Source: the human T2T-CHM13v2.0 reference genome, Homo sapiens
Length of the DNA: 64,000 nt
Assembly: GCF_009914755.1 (NCBI RefSeq)
Contig: NC_060925.1
Strand: one strand, 5' to 3'
Part shown: piece by piece, positions 1 to 13,994 of the stretch
Position numbering within the stretch: the stretch's first letter is position 1
Layout: every line of letters begins with the position of its first letter
Translations under genes and position numbers: made by a program
Notes under the pieces: generated by a model
What the model was told of the DNA's origin: nothing
Databases searched by the model: none
Seen by the model: the letters and a program-made list of their open reading frames with translations, nothing else

Positions 1-2011
1 CTGCAGTCTCAGGGCCAACTTCCCGCTTGGAGAAAGGGCAGCGCTTGTCCGGGGACCCACCACATCCATCCTCGTAGGGGGCTGTCTCCACCCAGGGTCC
101 CCCCCCCACCCCCTCATTCCTCCCAGTGGTGAAAGGACAGTGAAGGAGGAGGGCAGCCCAGGAGTGGACATGGAGTGACCAGGAGCTTCCTGGGGGGTCC
201 GGGAGGTGGGGCACACCCTATCGCACACCAGGCCTGCGGGCCTCGATGGGGCAGCAAGATGAGCCCCGGGCCCGCACTGTGTGTGTCAGGGTGCGTGTCA
301 TGCGCGGAGCCTGGCAGCATCCACTCGTGCCTGAGCCGGGCTCCTGTTAGGGGTGCCTGTAGGTCTGGCTGTGTTCAGGAGCCAAGGAGGCGGCCTCTCA
401 CTTCCCACTGCCCATCAGGGCTCTGCAGTCCAGGTCTGGCAGCAGCCTCCCCACCCCATGCCCACACACGGTGTCTTGAAAGCCTCTCGGCCCCTGACTG
501 CCGGCTCTGTGCGCACAAACGCTTCACGCCCCATTTCCAGCAGCTCTCAGCAACTTTGGCGTGGGGGTGTGCTGGTGCCTGGCCACTCCCATCGTGAATG
601 GGGACACACCTGCCGCATCCCTTCCATACTAGTGACTGGACCTGCTCTGGGCAACAGCGGCCAGCAGAGACATCCACCCCAGCTCTGTCTGCTGGCCTGA
701 GGCTGGGCTGTGTGTTGGGCCTCTGAGGACACGGCCTTCCCGCCTCCTTCCTGAGAATGGCTCCTGTCTCCAGGAGGAGGCCTTGGGCATTAGGGGCAGG
801 GCCAGCCTCCTGCTTCCACCTCTGTGTGCTCAGCCTCTGCCAGACATGGGCTATACCTGGGGTGCAGGGTCCAAGCTCCAGGATCCCCGAGATTCTCAGT
901 GGGAAGAGGGACCCAAGCTGGCCGAGAAGGGCACAGGCTCTGTCGCGTGGGACCGGGCCCCTCAGAGCCCCTGTGGGGAGGAGGAACTCCTCAGAGCTGA
1001 GCTGTCCCAGCCTCAGCGCGTCTTTCCCGGGTGGACCTGGCGGTGTCCGGCGAGCCCCACTCAGCCCTTCGCAGGCAGACTTGGCAGGCACCCTGGGCCT
1101 GGTCCCACTCTCACCAAATAGCATTTTGATGAGTTAAGTGTGAGAGAATTAAAAACAACCCGATTAAATTTCCTTTATAAATACACGTGGGTTTGGAAAT
1201 CAAGGGGAAAAGCGGCTTTGGGCTCATAAAACGCTGCGTACGCTTTCCCTGCAAGTGTGAGGGAAGGTGCCTGGCAGGTCCTCGGCACGGGACTCCCTGC
1301 TGAACCGAGCTGAGCCAGCCCAGGCCATGACCCATGCAGGCTCTCACCCTGCTCCCAGCCCCAGTTCCTAGCTTGGACAGCGTAGACGCAGGTCCATGCA
1401 GGTGCACACCCTGCCCATGCCCTGTAACCCCGAGCACCACCAGTACGATGCCAGTGCCTGCGGCACCGACCTGCCTACAATTATCTCATCCTCATGACCG
1501 TCTGCCATGTCAGCCGTGCTGTGACTGCCCCCACCGCGCAGGCAGCGGGAGTTGCCCAGGTGGCTGGGTTAGTGGCAGGGCTGCCCTCCTCACCAGGCAC
1601 ACGGCCTCTGTCGCCCTTCCTGCTATCGAAGTTGTCGCTCAGGCACTTGGGAGCAGCCTGGCCTGCAGTGGGGGAGCCCAGGTCCTAAGCCCCTTGCCCG
1701 TGGGTCTGAGCTCCAAGGGAGGGAAGGGGGGCAGCTGGGCCCATGTGGTGGGGAAGGGGTCCAGGCAGTGGAACGTTTGAGGTCATTGGAAATGCAAACA
1801 GAATCATTAACAGCTTCCAAAAATAACCCAGCAAGAGTGAGATTCCCAGGAGGCTCTGCCAAGCAGCGGAGCTTCGACTAGGGGGGTACCTCTAAGGGAG
1901 CCGGTGGCCAGCAGGTCCGGGGCTGCCCGGCTGGCGGCAGCTGGGGGTGGGGGCGGGGGGGCTCCAGCGGGTGCTCCTCAGGTGACTTGGGCTTTGCCTG
2001 CAAAATGGGCC

Positions 2012-2101
2012 AACAGGAGGTCTGGTAACAGGAGGTCTGGTAACAGGGGGTCTGGTAACAGGAGGTCTGATAACAGGGGGTCTGGTAACAGGGGGTCTGG
2101 T
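2012..2101. repeat. Minisatellite, 6 x 15 bp (AACAGG[A/G]GGTCTGGT)
   Basis: Six near-perfect tandem units read directly. Confidence 0.95.
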
Positions 2102-2214
2102 GCCGGATGAGGCTCCACTATTCGCCCACTCAAGCCCTGTCTTAAAAGCTCACTTTTAATCCTCCTGTTTATTGGCCGTGAGCCCTCACAGGTCAGGCAG
2201 TGAGCGTCTGGGAT

Positions 2215-2700
2215 CTTCTTTAATAGCTTTACTGGGGGACAGTTGGCTTACAAGAAATGGCACCGTTTAAAGCATGCAGTGTGATGAATTTTGGCAGGTA
2301 TGAGCCTGCGAAACCCCACAATCAAGTTCGTGAGCATCGCCATTGCCCCCCAGAAGTGCCCCCTGCCCCCCACAATTAAGGTTGTGAGCATCTCCATTGC
2401 CCCCCAGAAGTTTCCTTCTATCCCCCATAATCAAGGTCATGAGCATCTCCATTGCCCCTGGATGTCTCCCCCTGCCCCTCTGCCAGCTCTCCCTCTTGCT
2501 GTCCCCCTTCCCCAGGTGACCATGGACCTGCTGCCTGTTGCTGCCTTACCTAGAATCTCACAGGAGGGGAATCACAGGCCTGCACTCTTTTGTCTTCTTT
2601 CTCTCGGGGTCGTCTTTCGGAGGCTGGTCCTATCGCAGCATCTGTCTGTAGTTCAGGCCCTCGGATAGGACATTCCTCGTAGTGTGAGCTGCTGCTCATG
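2215..2700 (-). mobile_element. Ancient L1M 3'-end fragment with an internal ~54-bp triplication (2314-2465)
   Basis: Resembles the antisense L1M 3' UTR (tttaatagcttt...tttaaagcatgcagtgtgatgaatttt...). The unit ccccacaatcaagg..gagcatctccattgcccc occurs three times. Confidence 0.6.
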
Positions 2701-3031
2701 AATTCTTCCTGCTTTTGTGTATTCATTCAAACAAGTCTTCATTTCTCTTTGGCACTTGGAGTAGGTTTTCCCTGGGTGTGGAATTGTGAACTCACAGGTT
2801 TTAGTGTGTGGGGTTTGTTCCCTTTTGGGACTTTAAAGCGGCCAATCCACCATCTCCTTGCTCGCGCCTTTTCTAGCCAGAAGCCATCACCATTCCTCTG
2901 CGGCAACACCTCTTCCTTCTCCGGCTGCTGTGAAGATGTCCCGGGCCTTGCCTTCGGGCAGCTTTATCATGAACATATTCTCTTTACTCAGGTTAAACCA
3001 TTGACCCCCACGGCCTCTCTTTCAGGTTAAA

Positions 3032-3125
3032 AAAATAAACTGAGGCCTGGGAAGTGAGCTGCCTTTTCCAGGGTCACTGGGCATCGGAATCTGAGCCACA
3101 TCTGCCTGACTCCAGAGCCTGCACC
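3032..3125. mobile_element. MIR fragment
   Basis: aaactgaggcctgggaagtg...cagggtcac...tctgcctgactccagagcc matches the MIR core. Confidence 0.65.
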
Positions 3126-4959
3126 ACAGCTGCTCTGTCGCCCGGGTGGACTGTGGCAGGCCAGCCAGTGTGCGGGGGTCCTGGGTGGGGACACAGGCTC
3201 TAAGGACCCAGGCCCACCCCTGGGGTGCTCAGACGTGCGGCTCTGTGAGCACAGAGGAGGCTATGTCCCGAGGGCTGCAGGGAGGGAGCTGCCGGGGCCT
3301 CCAGATCCGTCACACTGTGGGGCAACAAGTCCCTTGGGGCTGTTTCTACAGCCCTGTCTACAGATGGAGGCCTGGGGGACCCTCAGCCCCCATGTGGCAA
3401 GTGCTGTGAAGACGCGTTTCAGTTTTCACAGTGACGTTTCTTCCCTCCAGTGTCCTTTCCTCTCACCATCGGGGTGGAACCCTGGCCTGATCAGGTTGAT
3501 TTAGACCAAAGTCTCTGCTGTGGCCTCGCTGGGGCAAGTGGCCTGAGGGACAGGCCACAGCTGTCAGGGTGAGCAGAGTGCCTGGGCCACCCCCGGCATT
3601 GCCGAGGGGTCAGGCGTGACCAGGTCCGTCCTCTTGCCCAAGGGCAGAGGCTGCATGCTCACCTGCACGTGTACCTCTGGGGCCAACGCAGGTGTCGTGA
3701 GACCTGGCAGGTGCGGAGCGGGAAGCAGACCCTGACGAGAGGGACACCAGTGCCTGGGTGCCATGGGAGGCACCTGGGACTCCAGCTTCCTCGTCAGGAG
3801 CTTCGGGAGGGTCAACCAGCCTGGGGCACACGCAGGGTCCTGCCCCAGAGGGGCGGCCTGGGATGCCGGGGAGTGGGCCCTGCAGAAGAGAGTGCCAGGC
3901 CACGCGGGCCTGCTGGGCCAGTTTCTTCCCAGACTTTCTGGTTGTGAGCCCCGAATGGGGCCCTGGGGACTAGGGGAAGGCATTCTATGCCCCGGTGAGG
4001 GGCAGCCCCAAGGTGGGGAGGCTCATCCCCGCCGGAGGCTGGAGTCCCGGCCGTCACGTGGCCTCTTCTCGCTGACATGTCACTGCCTCTGCCAGGGCCA
4101 GGGCCAGGGCCGGGGCTGGGGAAAGTTCACCCTTTTGCCAACCACAACTGGCAGCTCTGGTGAGAGTGCGGAGCAGGCTTTTTTGGAGCTGAATTTACTT
4201 GATATTTCCCCGCTCCGCTGGGCCGGTTCCAGGGCTGCAGTCCACGAGGCTGCAAGTGAAGAGGCGTCTTTGTTTCTTTAATTTTGCCCGTTGGAAAACT
4301 CCGGTATTAATATTTATGAGAAATGACCTAATATCCACGCCGCCTGCCGCGTGTTTGCTTAACATATTTAATGTGATTTGGGGGCTGCGTGTACTTTTTT
4401 AACTGCCTCGGTGAGGGGGGCCTGACCTATCTCCTCCCCATCCCCCTGCATGGTAAAATGGCAACGTCCTCTTTGAGGTCTCGAAAGTTCATTTATTCAG
4501 TAGCTTTGGAAAGGCCTTGCGGCCCCCACCTGGCCCGGGCCCTGGAGGGACAGCCTCACTCCGCACAGTCGCCCAGGGCAGGAGGCTGGGGGTCTGTAGA
4601 CCTGTGCCATCCAGAGCCGGAGTCGGCACTCGGGGAGGACTGGAAGTGGCTTTCTTCAGGAAAGGGAGGAAAAACATTTGAATGGTTTCTGAAAATAGCT
4701 CCTTGGGTAGTTATAAGACAGCAATTTAAATAAGTGCTTTCTGCCTGTTTCTCTTGAACATAAAGGTAATTGTTTTTGCCCCAAAATAGATGGCCAGTTT
4801 CACTGTAACTTGATTTTTCTCCACCATCCCTTTGTGCACTGTATTAGCTAATGCGGGCCACAGGTGAGCCCCACGAGGCAGCCGGGACCTGGCACCTGGC
4901 CTGGGCCATTCGACCTGACCCCAGCCAGGCTATTGGCTGCATAGAAAGAGCCGGGCCTT

Positions 4960-5125
4960 TGCAGCCGGAGAAATGCCAGCTCGAAATCCAGCTCTGCTGA
5001 TTAGAAGCTGTGTGACTTTGGACTCGTTATTTCACCTCTCTGAGCCCCAGTTTCCTCAGGGGCAACGTGAGAACAGAAGCATTCACACTTTCTGGCTCAC
5101 AGAGTCGTGTAAGGCTCAGGAAATG
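4960..5125. mobile_element. MIR fragment
   Basis: aaatccagctctgc...agctgtgtgactttgg...cacctctctgagccccagtttcctca matches the MIR core. Confidence 0.75.
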
Positions 5126-6804
5126 CAGCCGGTCTGTCCTTGAACTTTCTGCAAGACAGCGGGTCCAGCCTCCCGTGCAGTGGCTCAGAACCGCACCCCC
5201 GGGCATTCCCGGGGCTCCGTGGTGGGTCCTGGATGCTCCCTGGGCAGCCAGGAACATGAGGCATCTCGTCCCTCCTGGCACACGCAGATGCTGACTCCTA
5301 GGCCCAGTCAGCCAGTCCCCTCGGACAGCCAGAGGCCATGAAGTCAAGGGGCTCTGGTCAGTGAGGGGCCTTGCTTACCCAGCCATCACCATGCACCAGA
5401 ACTACAAACGACCTGTCCCTCTGTGCCATCTCTCAGGCTCTGGAGCACACAGGCTCTCAGCAGCAAGGTGTCCAGGGCACTCTAGCCCGGAGACCTGTGC
5501 ACCAAGAGCTCACATACCGAGAAACTAAAAGGGGCCCCAGAGAACAACCTCTCCCATACCAGAGCTGCTCCTCCTGGGGCTGAGACAGGCCCTGCGCTTC
5601 GCCTGCTGGATGTGGGGCAGGAGGATATCCAAGCACTGCCATCCTGCCGGGGGTCCAATGGCCAAGGGTGGGAGATCTGTGTGATCCCTGAAACCCACCA
5701 CAGACAGAGGCTCTGAGTCCTGTTCCAGGTGACCAGGCAGGACCACTGGCCAGTCACTTTCTGGGTCCAGCCATCAAGTTAATCACTCATGTTGTTCCTG
5801 CAACCGCCCTTCCGGGGTGGCGTAGTTTCCCTTTTTACAGCCTGCAACACTGAGGCTTCAAGGCATTCAGCAGCTGGAGCCCCCAGGCAGCAGGCAGAGC
5901 TGGGCCGAGAAGCTCCTTGGGTCTGCCGCGTGCCTGATCTGGCCTCTCAGATGCATCTGCCTGTGATCCAGCCTCGGATGACAAAATGACAGAAAACAAA
6001 GCTGCCATTCCTCCCATGTCCACAGCATCAGCCAGGCAGCCTGGGTCCCAACCTCCTCCAGACCCACCAGTGTGGACCCATCACCCACAGATGCCTTGCA
6101 CAGCATCCCCCAGCCCTTTCCTCCTGTGTCTTCTCCTTTGTGGAGAAGGGCCTGTGACAGCAGGCCACCCAGGGAGCCAGGCAGGGGCAGGCAGTGAGGG
6201 TTGAGGGTTGAGGTGGGGCTGAGGGAGACCCTGGAAGGGACCCCGACCCTGTGAGTTATTGCAGTGCCCTGGTAGCGGGCCCCGGTGTGCTCATCTGAAA
6301 ATGAGGCCCTGCCAGGATCTTCCCCCAATGCCGCCCGGTGGAATGAAGATGCGGCCCCCCACCCTGAGTGCTGGTGAGAGACACAGCCAGCTGCCGCCTT
6401 AGCCCGGCCCCTCAGCCTCCGGGGAGAGGACACCAGCACGCGTGATCAATCAGTCCCAACACTTCCCAACATGCTTCTCGAGTTACACACCGCGGGGATG
6501 ATGTCATAGCGGCCGCCAGCCGGAGCTAGGGAAGAAAGAGGCCCCTCTGTTTCAAACCCATGGGCCAGGACAGGCCAGCTTCTCAGGCATTGGAATTTCT
6601 CTCCCCGACTTGGCTTCAGAAATGAGAGGAGTGCTGAAACCTTTGAGGTTTTTTTCTTCAGATTTTGAAAGCTATATATGTGTACTCTACAGAGGAAGAA
6701 ATAGAAAATATTCCAAAGCTCACTTCATTATATTTTCTTCTGTTTCCATCACGTACCTCTACTTACCTACTCACCAGCTCATTGATCCATTGATCCTTCA
6801 TTCT

Positions 6805-7505
6805 GTCCATCCATCTATCCATCAATCCATCCATGCATCCATCCATTCATCCATCATCCATTCATCCATCCATCCATCCATCCATCCTCCATCATCCATC
6901 CATTCATTCACCCATCCATCCGCCATCCATCAGTCCATCCACCCATCCATCCATCCATCATCCATCCATCATCCATCCATCCACCATCCATCCATTCACC
7001 ATCCATCTACCATCCATCCATCCATCCATCCATCCTCCATCCTCCATCCTCCATCCATTCATTCACCCATCTATCCATCACCCATCCATCCATCCATCCA
7101 TCCATCCATCCATCTATCCATACATCGATCCATCCATCCATCATCCACTTATCTATTCTTTCTTCCTTCCTTCCATCCATTCATCCATCATCCATCAATC
7201 ATGCATTCATCTATCTTTTTCATCCTTGCTTCCTTCCATCTATTCACCCATCATCCATCAATCATTCATTCGTCTATCTTTTCTTCCATCCATCCATCCG
7301 TCATCCACTTATCTGTTTTTCCTTCCATTTATCCTTCCTTTCTTCTTTTCTTTCATCCATCCCTCATCCACTTATCTTTCCTTCCTTCCTTCCTTCCTTT
7401 CCTCTTTCCATCTATTCACCCATCATCCATCAATCATTCATTCATCTATCTTTCCTTCCTTCCTTCCTTTCATCCATTCATCCATCTATCCATTCATCCA
7501 GCCAT
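6805..7505. repeat. (CCAT)n simple repeat grading into (CCTT)n
   Basis: Direct reading. Confidence 0.95.
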
Positions 7506-8641
7506 CTCTCATATCAAACCATATGGAATGGCTGATACTCAATGTATGAAATATTGATCATCTGTTCTCATCCTTTTTTATTTTTGAAAAATCTACATGT
7601 GCCTTTTGCAACTTGCTGCTGCCCCTTAATGACATTACTATGACAATTTGCTTGAGAATCTTTTGTTGCAAAGAATCTTCAGGAAACACCCGTCTGGCAG
7701 CATGGTGGGTGTGGAGGGCCTCAGCTGGTCCGCAGCGTGCAAGGCTGCCCCCTCGGGGCACAGGGCACAGTAGAGCAGCAAGGCGACTTGAGTGAGTGCC
7801 ATGTTCACCTTGATTCACAGCAACAGGTCAGGCAATTTTATAATGAATGGCAAGACACCTTCAGAGCAGCCTGGGCCCCCAGAGCCTGATGGCAGGGATC
7901 TCCCACCTTGCCACTCCCTGCCGTGCAGTCCTGGGCCAACACCTGAACCTCGCAGGGTCTCCACTTGCTCTGCTGTGAAATGGGACTGCAGGTGGCAGCT
8001 GTCTCCAGGTGAGAAGAATGGCCCTGGACCAGACCAGGCTGGGGCTAGCTCAGCATGGGCTTAGGGAGAGCTCTTCCCATCCTTGTTCTTCTTCCCTACC
8101 CAGAGGGGAAGAAGGCAGAGCCAGGGGCTCCCCCCATTCCCAGGGGTGACCCGCCAAGCCAGGGAGGCAGAGAAGCTTTGGCTATAAACGAAATGTTCAG
8201 CATGGCCTGTTACATGGGCCGGGCACTTTCTGCAAATCTGGTGGCATAGAATGGAGACACAGAAAGGTGCCAGGCCACACATGGATGGCTGGAAAAACAA
8301 TCCCCAGAACCCAACCATGTTTAGCTCTCTGAGTGGATCCAGAGAAGGTGCGGGGTGGCCTCCCTCCATCCATGGGCAGATACACTGGGATGGCCCTGGG
8401 AGGTGGTGGGTGCTGCTTTTGGATGATGCCCATGAGGCTGAGGCTCCCTTGTCAGGAGACGGTATGTTCTGGTTCCAAAGGACGAAATCCTTTCCTCCAA
8501 CAAAAAAAGCTATGAGTGGACCCCAACCAACCAGGCCCTTGAATATGCCAGGGCCTGTGTCTAGATGTGGCATTAAAGCAGAAAAAAGGCAGGTCATAAA
8601 ATAATGCCCTCCTAACAGGGATGGTGTGGCACCTTCAGTTT

Positions 8642-8745
8642 TGTATGTGTGTGTGTGAGTGTGTGTAAGTGTGTAGGAGTGTGTGGCCATGTGTATGCAT
8701 GTGTGAGGGTGCAGGAGGGTGTGAGTGTGAGCCTGAGACTGTGTG
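8642..8745. repeat. (TG)n-rich low-complexity tract
   Basis: Direct reading. Confidence 0.8.
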
Positions 8746-10125
8746 CTGCTGCGGGGAGGAGAGGGTCCCTGCCTGGCCTCCTCCCATCACAGCATCCTTG
8801 GCCTTGCATCTCAGCATCATTCCACGGCCCCTCCCTGCCCCACAGAGCTCTGCGGTGGCCCCTCAAGAGGGATGCGCCTGGTCGTTGCCTGCTGCGGAGC
8901 TGGGGCTGCACATGCGGGGCCACCCTGGCTCCACGTGGCCCAGGTTGGCCCCCCCCACTGACTGCAGCCATAAAGCCTGTGCCCTGGTGGTCAGTCCCCG
9001 CCCCCACCGCCAGCCCACCTCCACTTCTAATTGGGCCGCAAAGCCGTTTAATGGTGTCTGCCACGTCTGCAGGGCTGCTCGGGGCGGAACAATGCGCTAT
9101 TCATGTCCCACATAGCACACTAGTGATCCGGCTAATATCTTTAAGCTAAAAAACAAGGCTTAATTGGAACAGATGCTGCAAATTCCAGTGCAAAAGGCCA
9201 GCTCCCATGCGACCTAAACCAGGTATGTGCCAGGACTTCGCGTTTAATAGCAGCTTTTATTTTTTTATTGGCATGTACAAAACTCACTAATACTCTGCAC
9301 AGCAGACTGGTGACGGGCCTCTCAGAAAACTTCCATGGGTGCAAGGCCTGCGGAGCCCTGTGGCCGTTGTTTGGGCTACAATAAAAAGGTACCCGGCCAT
9401 TGGGCAAGCTGTTTCCTCGTGGACGCTGGTCTCTCCTCTCCCCTGGGTCGAGGCTCTTGTGGCCTTTCCAGGACTGCCACCAGGCTGTTAGAACTCAGCA
9501 CTGAACACTCCCAGTGAATCAATCAGGCCTGTTCAGCAGCTGCCAGTCTTTGTGGCCATGGCCTCCCCTGGCCAGGAAGCCTCTGTCCTCCGGACACCGC
9601 CCAGCCTTTTCCCTGCTGCTGCACCACGGCCCTGACCACAAATTCCTGCATTTTGCTCTAAGACTACAGCTTTTTGGCAGTGTACTCCCATTCTGAATAT
9701 ATTTGCCGAGTCTTCCAATCTAGAAGAAAACTCCCTGAAGTCAGGGCCTGGCTGTGTTTTACACATAGATTACATTGCTAAACAGAACGGGGACTTTTCT
9801 CCTCGTCTTCCACTTTTTCAGAGAAAGAGCCATAGCTAGGGAGACCCAGAAGCAGCCTTGCCCAATCTAAAACCCTTTTCCATTCAGCCACCTGAAGCTG
9901 TTGCTGCTGGAACTGTCGTATCCAGGCCTGGAAGCTGCTCCTGGTATCTCAGGACATTGTTTCTGTCACAAAAGTTAAAATAGGTACAGCTTCCTGGCTA
10001 GTGAGGACTCCCATTTGCTGGAAGTACTGAGCCCCCAAGGGAGCTGTTGCTGGGATTTATCTGAAAAAAATGCTTCAGAAGGGGACCTTGGCTTCAGGTA
10101 GAGTCCAAGGATGCAATATCTGCAA

Positions 10126-10655
10126 TCTATCCATCCATCCATCCACCCATCCATCTATCCTCCATCCATCCATCTACCCATCCATCATCCATCATCCATC
10201 CAACCATTCATCCATGCCTCCATCCATCCACCCACCCATCCATCTATCATCCATCCATCCACCCATCCATCCATCCATCTGTCCATGCTTCCATCCATCC
10301 ATCCACCCATCCATCCTCCATCCATCCATTCATCATCCCACTCATCCACCCACCCATTCTTCATCACCCATCCGTCCATCATCCACTCATTTATCCATCC
10401 ATTCTCCATCCTCCATCTATTCATCCTCCATCCATCCATCCATCATCCATCCATCCACCATCCAGTTATCCATCCATCCTCCATCCATCTATACTCCATC
10501 ATCCATCCATCCATCCATCCATCCATCCATCCATCCATCCATCCATCGTCCACCACCCACCTGTCATCCATCTATCCATCCATCCTCCATCCATTCATCC
10601 ATCCTCCATCTTCCATCCATTTGTCCATCCATCATCCACTCATCCACCCATCCAA
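10126..10655. repeat. (CCAT)n simple repeat
   Basis: Direct reading. Confidence 0.95.
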
Positions 10656-12262
10656 TAAATACCTGGCCCTGATAAGTGCCAGCCAGTTCGTGGACTCTCT
10701 TCCTCCCCCACCTCATGTACACTGCACATGCTCCTGTGGCTGCTGGAGGGGCTCTGGAGGAGGCTGGGGACCTCGCAGGTAGTGGAAGCTGGAAGGGCAG
10801 GGACGTCTATGAGCAAACTTAGCCCATGCAGAAGCAGGGTGAAGGATAGGTTGTCTGTCTGTGCCTCTGCCTCACACCTGGAGGGCTTCCCTCTCACAAA
10901 AAGGCTCTCCCTGCTCAACCCGAATCCCTCTAAGAAACCCCTCCTTGAGCACAGGGTCTTAAAAACCTTTGGATGATTAGCGAGCAGAGAAAGGGGAGCT
11001 TAACACTGGGGAAGTGAGAGTCAGGGGCCATTAACTGGGGGCCGGCCCACCCTCCATGCCTTCCTCTGGGTGACCAGGTGTGCCCCCTGCCCTCTGCCAG
11101 TGCCCAGGCCAAAATGTGGGTGGGATGGGGGTGGCCCTCCCATGACCCCTATCTGTGGTCCTGGCTGCTGGACCTGGGCCAGCATTCCAAGATCCTCCGG
11201 GTTCTCTGCCAGGCCTCTCCTTGGTGGCAGCAGCAGAGAAGATGCCCAGGATCCCGGCGGGCATAGCCAGTGTCAGCCAGGAGCAGAGCCCAGGCAGCCT
11301 GGCCCTCGGTTCAGCTGAATGAGATCCCAAGCTCTCAGCTCTTCAGGCCATCAGCTCTCCACTGTGGGTGGCAGACGGCAGAGTCAGTAGCCAGCATAGC
11401 CAGCACGGGCCACGTGCTCTGCATGCCTGGCTGTGTGGGGTCCTCCAGGCAGTGGCAAGTGAGAGGGACTGGGGAATTTTCAGAAAGCCAGGGGACCAGA
11501 ACTCAGGTCTGTGCCTCTCAGGACTTGAGAAGCCCCTTAGGAAGATGTACGCACGCCCCCATCCATGTGGGAGAAATGTGAGCGACACCATCAGGGCTGT
11601 GGCTCTGGCCTGAGGGCGAGGCAGATGCACGAGGCTGGATGGGGTGGCTGCCCCATGAGATGCGGGACTTGGTCAGGGCCAGGGAGGCATGCAGGGACGG
11701 AGACGGACCCTGCGGAGCATCTGAAGGTCACTTGAGTTTCTGTTTCTGTGGCCTTCTTGGAGGTGCTTTTTAGGAGCATGGAATCTTTTGATCATTGAGA
11801 AGTGTGAGAATAGCAGGCGGAACACACTTGACACTCAGCTGTGTGGCCAGTTGGGTTCATGGCAATGGATTCCGCATTGCCCTGTCCCGTTCCCACCTGG
11901 AGCCCTCCCATGTAGCGTTTATCACCCTCGCACCGGGCTCTCACTCTTCCCTTCAGTAATTCACAGGCAGGCCTGGTGGTCTTCCAGTGCGTGTTGAGAA
12001 GTGGCCGCATTGCTCTGTGTCTCCGTGGCCCACAGTGAGACCATCAGCACCTGGTGTGGGTGAAACTCCCATTGTGCCCACTGAGGCCTGAGAGATAGGT
12101 GGTCACTCCTGCTTCAATTAGCATCTCCCTAGTGACCGGTGACAAGTGTTTCTGCCCAGGTGCCCAGACATTTGCCTTTCTGCCACTGTAAAATGGCCCT
12201 TTATAGCCTGTACCTATTTTTCCATTGGATTGTCTTGTCATTTCTATTTTTTCTTGTTGCGG

Positions 12263-12767
<505 letters not shown>

Positions 12768-12783
12768 TAATGAACATTTTATT

Positions 12784-13982
12784 AAAAGACAACACACATA
12801 CAGAGAAAATGCAAAAGTCAGTGTGCAATTGGTTGAATCTTCACAAAGTGGACATACCCACGTATTCAGCAACCAGGTCCAGAAACAGCAGCCTGGGCCC
12901 CAGATGTCCCAGGGGCTCCTCCCACCACTCCACACCTTTCACTCCAAAGGCAGGGGCTGTTGTGACTTGAGCCAGCGTGGATTCCCCCTGCCGTCTGCAC
13001 TTTACTGAAGTAGAATCATGCAGCGGGCTGTCTTTCAGGTCCGACCTCTTTTGTGCACGCCGCATCTTCGTGAGGTGCATTGCGTCACTGCAGGGAGAAA
13101 TCGTGCTTGTTCCTCTGCAGTATCCCCTCATTTCAATGTCTATGTATTTATCCATTCTAATATGCATGGACTTTCAACAAGTTTCCAGTTTTAGACTATT
13201 TTGCTTAAAAGTCTTACCGACATTCTTGTAAATGCCTTTTGATAGGTACTTGTGCCATTTCTCGAGTGTAAGCCTGGGGTGGAATTCCTGGGCCGGGGGA
13301 CACATGTCCTGGTCAGGGGGGACTTGCAGACAGACTCTCAAAGCATCTGCCCCCACGGACGCCCTCAGGCAGTGTGAGGACCTCCGTGGCTCTGCGTTCT
13401 TCCCAGCACTGGGCTTGCCAGTCCTTCAAATTTAGCCAAGGTGCAGGTCTGTGGCGGTGGCTTAGTGTGCTCACAATATGCATTTTCCTGATGGCTGAGG
13501 CTGGGAATTCTTGAATGTTTATTGGCCATTTGGTGCTCCTTTTCCATAAACAGCCTGTTCGAGACTTTTGCCCAGGCTCATAGGAGGTTGCTTGTGGTTT
13601 TCTCATTGGTCGGTGTGGGCCCCGCCTGTGTTGCAGAAGCAAGCCCCTTGTCAGCGACCTGCTGGGAGTGTCCCATCCTTGGCTGCCGCCTGCCTTTCAC
13701 TCTCATAATAGTAATGGGTGAAATGCCTTCATTTTCACATAGTTCAATTGATTCATCTTCATCTTATAGTTAGTGTTTTAGGTATTTGGTTTAAAATCTT
13801 GTCCAAGATCAGAATCTTGTGATCAAGAGCTGCATAAGGTCACGAATACGTTCCGTGATATCCTCTCGGGGTATTTTTCCTTTCATGTTTAGCTACAATC
13901 CACTGGGAATATTTAGTTTGCATGTTGTGAGGTGTACAATTTTTCATTTTTCCTGTACAACTGTCTAATTGACTCATTTATT
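12784..13982 (-). mobile_element. Ancient L1M fragment (3' UTR/ORF2 end)
   Basis: Antisense L1M-like phrases (ttatccattct...gtttccagtttt..., gcattttcctgatggctgagg..., tgtttattggccattt). Confidence 0.65.
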
Positions 13983-13994
13983 AAAAATGCCATC

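Noticed and set aside
6610-7557. 315-aa and 238-aa His/Pro/Ser/Ile ORFs (and similar ones at 10070-10782)
   Set aside because: Translations of stop-poor (CCAT)n repeats.
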